Positions 25,585-30,000 of a DNA stretch of 30,000 nt are shown piece by piece. Where the stretch lies: the NCBI GenBank assembly GCA_039594245.1, contig JBCNNT010000012.1, forward strand, positions 1,527,528 to 1,557,527, written 5' to 3'. Source of the stretch: Enterobacter sp. (GTDB lineage Bacteria; Pseudomonadota; Gammaproteobacteria; Enterobacterales; Enterobacteriaceae). Made by a program: the position numbers and the translations under genes. How positions within the stretch are numbered: position 1 is the first letter of the stretch; each line of letters starts with the position of its first letter. A model generated the notes under the pieces. It saw only the letters and a program-made list of their open reading frames with translations, had not been told where the DNA came from and searched no databases.

Positions 25585-28500
25585 CTATTTTTCTTCAGCT
25601 ATGGTTAATGCTTCTTTTTTGTTTTTGTTCCTGGTAAAAAAACCAGCGACAAGAACATAAAACAGCGGGATATAAAAAATAGCTAATACGGTCGCGGTAA
25701 GCATCCCACCAACAACGCCAGTACCAATGGCATGCTTGCTTCCGGAACTTGCTCCTGAAGCAATAGCGAGAGGAATAACACCAACAATAAATGCCAGTGA
25801 TGTCATAATAATGGGTCGTAAACGGACTCTGGCTGCCTCAATGGCTGCCTGCGAAAATGACATTCCACTTTTTTCATGAAGATCGCGCGCAAATTCAACA
25901 ATTAATATCGCATTCTTTGCAGAGAGACCAATCGTCGTTAATAAGCCAACCTGGAAGAAAACATCGTTCCCCAATCCACGTAAAAGCGTCGCACTGACAG
26001 CGCCAATAACACCCAGCGGTATGACTAACATTACTGAGAAAGGAATACTCCAGCTTTCATAAAGCCCTGCCAGACAGAGGAAGACGATTATTAGCGACAG
26101 AGCATAAAGCGCCGGCGCTTGCGAACCTGAAAGACGCTCTTCAAATGAAAGACCTGTCCAGGCAACATTTAAACCTGGTGGCAATTTTGCCGCGATCTCC
26201 TCTACCGCCTTCATGGCATCCCCGGAGCTATAACCCGGTGCCGGTTCGCCAAGAAGTTCAACTGCCGGTAAACCGTTATAACGCTCCAGTTTCGGGGAAC
26301 CATAAGTCCATTTCCCACTGGCGAACGATGAGAATGAGACCATCTCTCCGTCACTATTACGTACGTACCATTTATCGAAATCCTCCGGAGAAATACGTGA
26401 ACTGGCTTCCCCCTGGATATAAACCTTTTTAACACGCCCACGATCATTGAAGTCATTAACATACGTTGACCCCCAGGCGGCGGACATCGTGTTATTTACA
26501 TCAGAGAGACTGAGTTTCAGAGCCTGCACTTTCTCGTCATCAATCAGAATTTGATATTGTGGCTCATCATTCATACCGTTGGGTCGAACCATTTGCAGTG
26601 CGGGGTTTCGGGCAGCCATCCCAAGAAACATATTCCGTGCCTGCATGAGTTTTTCATGGCCGCCGCCAGTTGTATCCTGAATAAACAGGTTAAAACCAGT
26701 GGCATTCCCCAATTCCATCACCGCCGGTGGAGCGAAAGAAATAACCGTTCCCTCTTTTATTGTGCTGAAATATCCCATTGACCTGGCAGCCAGTTCAAAT
26801 ACCGAACCTTTCCTTTCATTCCATGGTTTAAGTCCCACAAACACCATAGCGGAACTCTGACCACGCCCTGCAAAGTTAAATCCATTGACCAGCATTGTCG
26901 TGGCAACCATGTCTTTTTCCTGGGTCAGAAAATACGCCGATATTTTGGTTAATACTTTCTGGGTCTGCTCCGCACTACTGTTTGGTGGCAGTTGTACTTG
27001 CACAAAGAGATTTCCCTGATCTTCATCAGGCAGGAATGACGTTGGTATCCGTGGGAATAGCGCAATAAGTAAAGCGATGATTGCCAGAAAGAAAAGCATC
27101 GCTCGTTTTCTGGCCCTCAAAGTACGTTCGACGCCATTGCGATAAAGCGAAGTGCCGCGTTCAAATTTACGGTTAAACCAGCCGAAAAATCCCTTTTTAG
27201 CCTGTGCGTCATGATGCGTTTGTTTCAGGATCGTTGCGCATAATGCCGGAGTAAAAATTAGCGCAACGAGCACCGACAACGCCATTGCAGAAACAATAGT
27301 GATAGAGAACTGGCGATAAATTACACCTGTTGAACCGCCGAAAAACGCCATCGGAAGAAATACAGCGGAAAGAACCAGACCAATACCAACCAGAGCGCCC
27401 GAAATCTGCTCCATCGATTTTCGGGTCGCTTCAAGCGGCGGAAGCTTTTCTTCTTCCATCAGTCGCTCGACGTTCTCCACAACAACAATGGCATCGTCGA
27501 CGAGAAGCCCGATAGCCAGTACCAGGCCAAACATGGTTAATATATTAATTGTAAAGCCAAATGCGGTCATAATGCCGAATGTGCCCAGCAAAACGACCGG
27601 AATAGCGAGTGTAGGAATAAGTGTTGCTCTCCAGTTTTGCAAAAAAAGCAGCATCACGACAAAAACGAGGACTATCGCTTCAATAAGGGTATGCACCACT
27701 CCTTCTATTGAGGCACTTATGACAGGAGACGTATCGTAAGGATAAATAATCTCCACGCCTTCCGGTAAACCAGGCTTAAGCTCGTCCAGCTTTGCTTTGA
27801 CAGCTTTAATGGTGTCCAGCGCATTAGCACCGGTAGCCAGGCGTAACGCAATAGCTGTACTAGGAAGATCTTTGCCATATTTTGATTGTATTGAGAAACT
27901 CTCGGATCCCAGTTTTACTTTGGCCACATCCTTAAGTAACACGCGGGATCCATCGGGCTGAACCTTCAGGAGTATATTTTCAAATTGTTCAGGCGTTGTG
28001 AATCTGGTCTTGCCAATGACAGTTGCACTCAGTTCAATATTTTCATTGGTTGGTAAACCGCCTAACTGGCCCGCAGATACCTGTACGTTTTGCGCCTGAA
28101 TAGCAGAGCTGACATCCAACGGGGTAAGTTTATATCCATTCAGCTTATTCGGATCCATCCAGATACGCATCGCATACTGGGATCCCAGCATAGTGAAATC
28201 ACCCACACCGGTAATACGGGTTAAAGGATCCTGTATGTGAGAAACCAGATAATCACCGAGGTCAAAGCTGCTCATACGACCATCAGTGGAAACAAGTCCG
28301 GCAAGAATTAAAAAGTTAATCTGATATTTAGCAACCCGGATCCCCTGATTCTGAACTTCATCCGGTATTAAAGGCGTTGCCAGCGATAGCTTATTTTGTA
28401 CCTGAACCTGAGCAATATCCGGATCTGTCCCTTGATTAAAGGTGACGGTAATTGTGAATGAGCCATCCGAATTACTCTCAGACTTTAGATAGCGCAAATT

Positions 28501-28719
28501 ATCAAGGCCATTCAGTTGCTGTTCGATAACCTGCACCACAGTATCCTGAACGGTATCTGCCGATGCTCCAGGATAAGATCCAGTCACAGCAATCGCAGGA
28601 GCAGCAATATTAGGATACTGGTTGATGGGTAACTTGATTATAGAAAGCACGCCAGCCAGCATAATAATGATGGCTACAACCCATGCAAGTACGGGGCGGT
28701 CAATAAAAAAACGTGACAT
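25585..28719 (-). CDS. RND multidrug efflux permease, HAE1 family (AcrB/MexB/AdeJ-like)
   Basis: 1044 aa. [71 protein letters not shown]... and ...[18 protein letters not shown]... are collinear with AcrB/AdeJ as remembered. AAGGAG SD, 9 nt after the MFP stop. Confidence 0.95.
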   Translation of the reverse strand: MSRFFIDRPVLAWVVAIIIMLAGVLSIIKLPINQYPNIAAPAIAVTGSYPGASADTVQDTVVQVIEQQLNGLDNLRYLKSESNSDGSFTITVTFNQGTDPDIAQVQVQNKLSLATPLIPDEVQNQGIRVAKYQINFLILAGLVSTDGRMSSFDLGDYLVSHIQDPLTRITGVGDFTMLGSQYAMRIWMDPNKLNGYKLTPLDVSSAIQAQNVQVSAGQLGGLPTNENIELSATVIGKTRFTTPEQFENILLKVQPDGSRVLLKDVAKVKLGSESFSIQSKYGKDLPSTAIALRLATGANALDTIKAVKAKLDELKPGLPEGVEIIYPYDTSPVISASIEGVVHTLIEAIVLVFVVMLLFLQNWRATLIPTLAIPVVLLGTFGIMTAFGFTINILTMFGLVLAIGLLVDDAIVVVENVERLMEEEKLPPLEATRKSMEQISGALVGIGLVLSAVFLPMAFFGGSTGVIYRQFSITIVSAMALSVLVALIFTPALCATILKQTHHDAQAKKGFFGWFNRKFERGTSLYRNGVERTLRARKRAMLFFLAIIALLIALFPRIPTSFLPDEDQGNLFVQVQLPPNSSAEQTQKVLTKISAYFLTQEKDMVATTMLVNGFNFAGRGQSSAMVFVGLKPWNERKGSVFELAARSMGYFSTIKEGTVISFAPPAVMELGNATGFNLFIQDTTGGGHEKLMQARNMFLGMAARNPALQMVRPNGMNDEPQYQILIDDEKVQALKLSLSDVNNTMSAAWGSTYVNDFNDRGRVKKVYIQGEASSRISPEDFDKWYVRNSDGEMVSFSSFASGKWTYGSPKLERYNGLPAVELLGEPAPGYSSGDAMKAVEEIAAKLPPGLNVAWTGLSFEERLSGSQAPALYALSLIIVFLCLAGLYESWSIPFSVMLVIPLGVIGAVSATLLRGLGNDVFFQVGLLTTIGLSAKNAILIVEFARDLHEKSGMSFSQAAIEAARVRLRPIIMTSLAFIVGVIPLAIASGASSGSKHAIGTGVVGGMLTATVLAIFYIPLFYVLVAGFFTRNKNKKEALTIAEEK

Positions 28720-28728
28720 TACGGCTCC

Positions 28729-29856
28729 TTACTCAGGCTGATTAGCGACTTCAGGCGAAGGGGGAGTAGCCTGGGCAATCCTGACTTCACTGCCGGGCTG
28801 GGCTTTTTGTGTCCCATCCACAACGACCCGATCGCCACTTTGCAATCCGTCCCGTATTAGCCACTGATTGCCTACAACGCGATCGGTTACCACCGCTTTC
28901 CGGATCACTTTGCTATCTTTGCCAACGACAAGAGCCGAGGCCTGTCCAGTCGGATCACGGGTGATTGCTCTTTGTGGAACAAGCAGGGCATTCTCGTTCA
29001 CCCCTTCCTGTAATTTGGCGCGGACGAACATACCTGGCAGCAACCGTCCATCGGGATTAGGAAACTCGGCGCGTATAATTACAGAGTCCGTACTTTCATC
29101 TACTGTTACTTCTGAAAGTTTTATTCGGCCTGGATGCGAATATTCAGTGCCATTGTCGAGGATCAGTTTGACTTCAGCCTGTTGGTCGCCATTTCGTTTC
29201 AGGCGGCCTGCGGCAAATTCATCCTGCAATTTAAGAAGAGCCGTTGAAGATTGCGGAATATCGACATAGATAGGATCAAGCTGCTGGATGGTTGCAAGAT
29301 CAGTGGTCTGATTGGCGGTCAGCAACGCTCCCTGAGTAACGGAAGATCGCCCGATGCGTCCCGATATTGGCGCGGTGATCGTTGTATAGCCTAAATCAAT
29401 GCGAGCAGAGTCAACATCAGCCTGCGCCTGTAGCCAGGTTGAACGTGCATCATCCCGATCCTGCTGGCTTACCGCTCCTGTTTTTACCAGTCGTTCATAC
29501 CGGTGGGCTAAAAGTTTCGATGATTCCAGGCTCGCTTCCGCTTTAGCAAGTGTCGCCCGATAAGGAGCAGGATCAATCTGATACAATGCCTGTCCGGCTT
29601 TCACGAGGGCACCTTCATCGAATAATCTTTTTTGAAGTATGCCGCCAACCTGAGGACGCACTTCAGCAGTCCTGAAAGACGAGGTTCGGCCAGGGAGTTC
29701 CGTCGTCAACGTCACATTTGCTGCGTTTACCGTCACAACTCCCACTTCAGGAATCGAATTTTGAACTGGCCGCTGTGGCTGATCACATCCGAGAAGTGTA
29801 AGTGACAAGAGAACTGACAGCGCCGGATATGCAGGACGAAAAAGCACAGACATCAT
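28729..29856 (-). CDS. RND efflux periplasmic adaptor (membrane fusion lipoprotein, AcrA/MexA-like)
   Basis: The track ORF runs to 29886. That ATG sits only 4 nt after the putative -10, so I prefer M11 (29854-29856). This gives MMSVLFRPAYPALSVLLSLTLLGC with a lipobox. It has HlyD/biotinyl-lipoyl-like motifs (GGILQKRLFDEGALVKAGQALYQIDP). Confidence 0.88.
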   Translation of the reverse strand: MMSVLFRPAYPALSVLLSLTLLGCDQPQRPVQNSIPEVGVVTVNAANVTLTTELPGRTSSFRTAEVRPQVGGILQKRLFDEGALVKAGQALYQIDPAPYRATLAKAEASLESSKLLAHRYERLVKTGAVSQQDRDDARSTWLQAQADVDSARIDLGYTTITAPISGRIGRSSVTQGALLTANQTTDLATIQQLDPIYVDIPQSSTALLKLQDEFAAGRLKRNGDQQAEVKLILDNGTEYSHPGRIKLSEVTVDESTDSVIIRAEFPNPDGRLLPGMFVRAKLQEGVNENALLVPQRAITRDPTGQASALVVGKDSKVIRKAVVTDRVVGNQWLIRDGLQSGDRVVVDGTQKAQPGSEVRIAQATPPSPEVANQPE

Positions 29857-29874
29857 GAGCGATCTCTCTGTAGT

Positions 29875-29919
29875 TTGAATATTCATTCTAGTATATTCAT
29901 ACTAAAATATGACTTGCAA
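29875..29919. promoter_or_regulatory. Divergent promoter region with a palindromic operator
   Basis: Minus strand: TTGCAA (complement of 29914-29919), an 18-nt spacer, TATACT (complement of 29890-29895), driving the MFP gene. Plus strand: TTGAAT (29875-29880), a 17-nt spacer, CATACT (29898-29903), driving the divergent gene. The perfect palindrome TAGTAT-ATTC-ATACTA (29889-29904) overlaps both -10 elements. Confidence 0.5.
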
Positions 29920-29941
29920 GAGATATTAAAGAGGCTAATAA

Positions 29942-30000
29942 ATGAGCAACGTACAGGACGAAGAAATTGGCGTGAAAAGCAAAGACAGGAGAAAGCAAGT
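29942..30000 (+). CDS. 5' end of a divergently transcribed gene, possibly a second TetR-type regulator (partial)
   Basis: ATG at 29942 with an AAAGAGG SD 7 nt upstream. It reads MSNVQDEEIGVKSKDRRKQ... and then the window ends. The charged N-terminal tail and the divergent position next to an MFP gene are typical of local TetR repressors, but no HTH is visible yet. Confidence 0.4.
   Translation, partial: MSNVQDEEIGVKSKDRRKQ

Larger units (their letters stand above)
21169..30000. mobile_element. asnT-anchored genomic island, left part, continuing past the window end
   Basis: It begins at the 3' end of tRNA-Asn, a classic island insertion site. An integrase stub follows immediately. Composition drops by eye relative to the core genes. 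The cargo is an RND efflux module unrelated to the K-12 genes at this site. No second copy of the tRNA 3' end occurs inside the window, so the right boundary is not visible. Confidence 0.65.

Noticed and set aside
29857-29886. Upstream ATG (M1) of the MFP ORF
   Set aside because: It lies 4 nt after the best -10 candidate and has no SD. M11/M12 give a canonical lipoprotein signal peptide.
21169-30000. Yersiniabactin/HPI cargo, transposases, or a copy of the asnT 3' end marking the island's right border
   Set aside because: None is present in the window. Only the integrase stub resembles HPI, and the island boundary must lie beyond position 30000.
1-30000. CRISPR arrays, rRNA genes, IS elements, prophage structural genes and recognisable defence-system genes (restriction-modification, retron RT, CBASS, Thoeris and similar)
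   Set aside because: I scanned the ORF translations and the intergenic DNA. There are no repeat-spacer arrays and no transposase, reverse transcriptase, nuclease-helicase or cyclase signatures. Only Vsr is a DNA-repair nuclease.

Overview
Chromosomal window from an Enterobacteriaceae genome. The proteins are close to the E. coli K-12 orthologues as I remember them but clearly diverged, at roughly Citrobacter/Salmonella distance.

Layout, left to right:
- Core genes yedI, yedA, vsr (with no dcm), yedJ and a small membrane protein.
- A ~950-bp very AT-rich, gene-poor junction.
- The complete ~14-kb block ydiL-ydiM-ydiN-ydiB-aroD-ydiF-ydiO-(ydiP)-ydiQRST-fadK.
- An AT-rich islet with one orphan gene, abutting the 3' end of tRNA-Ser(CGA) serU.
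- mtfA, then tRNA-Asn asnT.
- A genomic island that runs off the window. It holds a decayed P4/HPI-type integrase stub, an AT-rich segment with a small 2-TM ORF, a lower-GC tripartite RND efflux module (MFP-RND-TetR-AraC/GyrI-OMF on the minus strand) and the start of a divergent gene.

Most interesting observations:
1. The same 16-bp palindrome, TAGTAT-N4-ATACTA, overlaps the -10 element of two promoters 8 kb apart. This ties the small 2-TM ORF to the efflux pump as one putative regulon.
2. An unplaceable low-GC orphan gene next to serU has a His...Cys pattern reminiscent of clan CD peptidases.
3. vsr sits 12 nt downstream of yedJ with dcm absent.
4. The ydi block is at a non-K-12 locus.
5. 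In the AT-rich junction, an orphan intrinsic terminator lies convergent with a 55-codon hydrophobic ORF.

I saw no CRISPR array, IS/transposase or rRNA. Everything rests on reading the sequence plus memory of protein families. No searches were run, GC statements are by eye, and the ORF track uses TTG/GTG as well as ATG starts, so I re-evaluated several starts.
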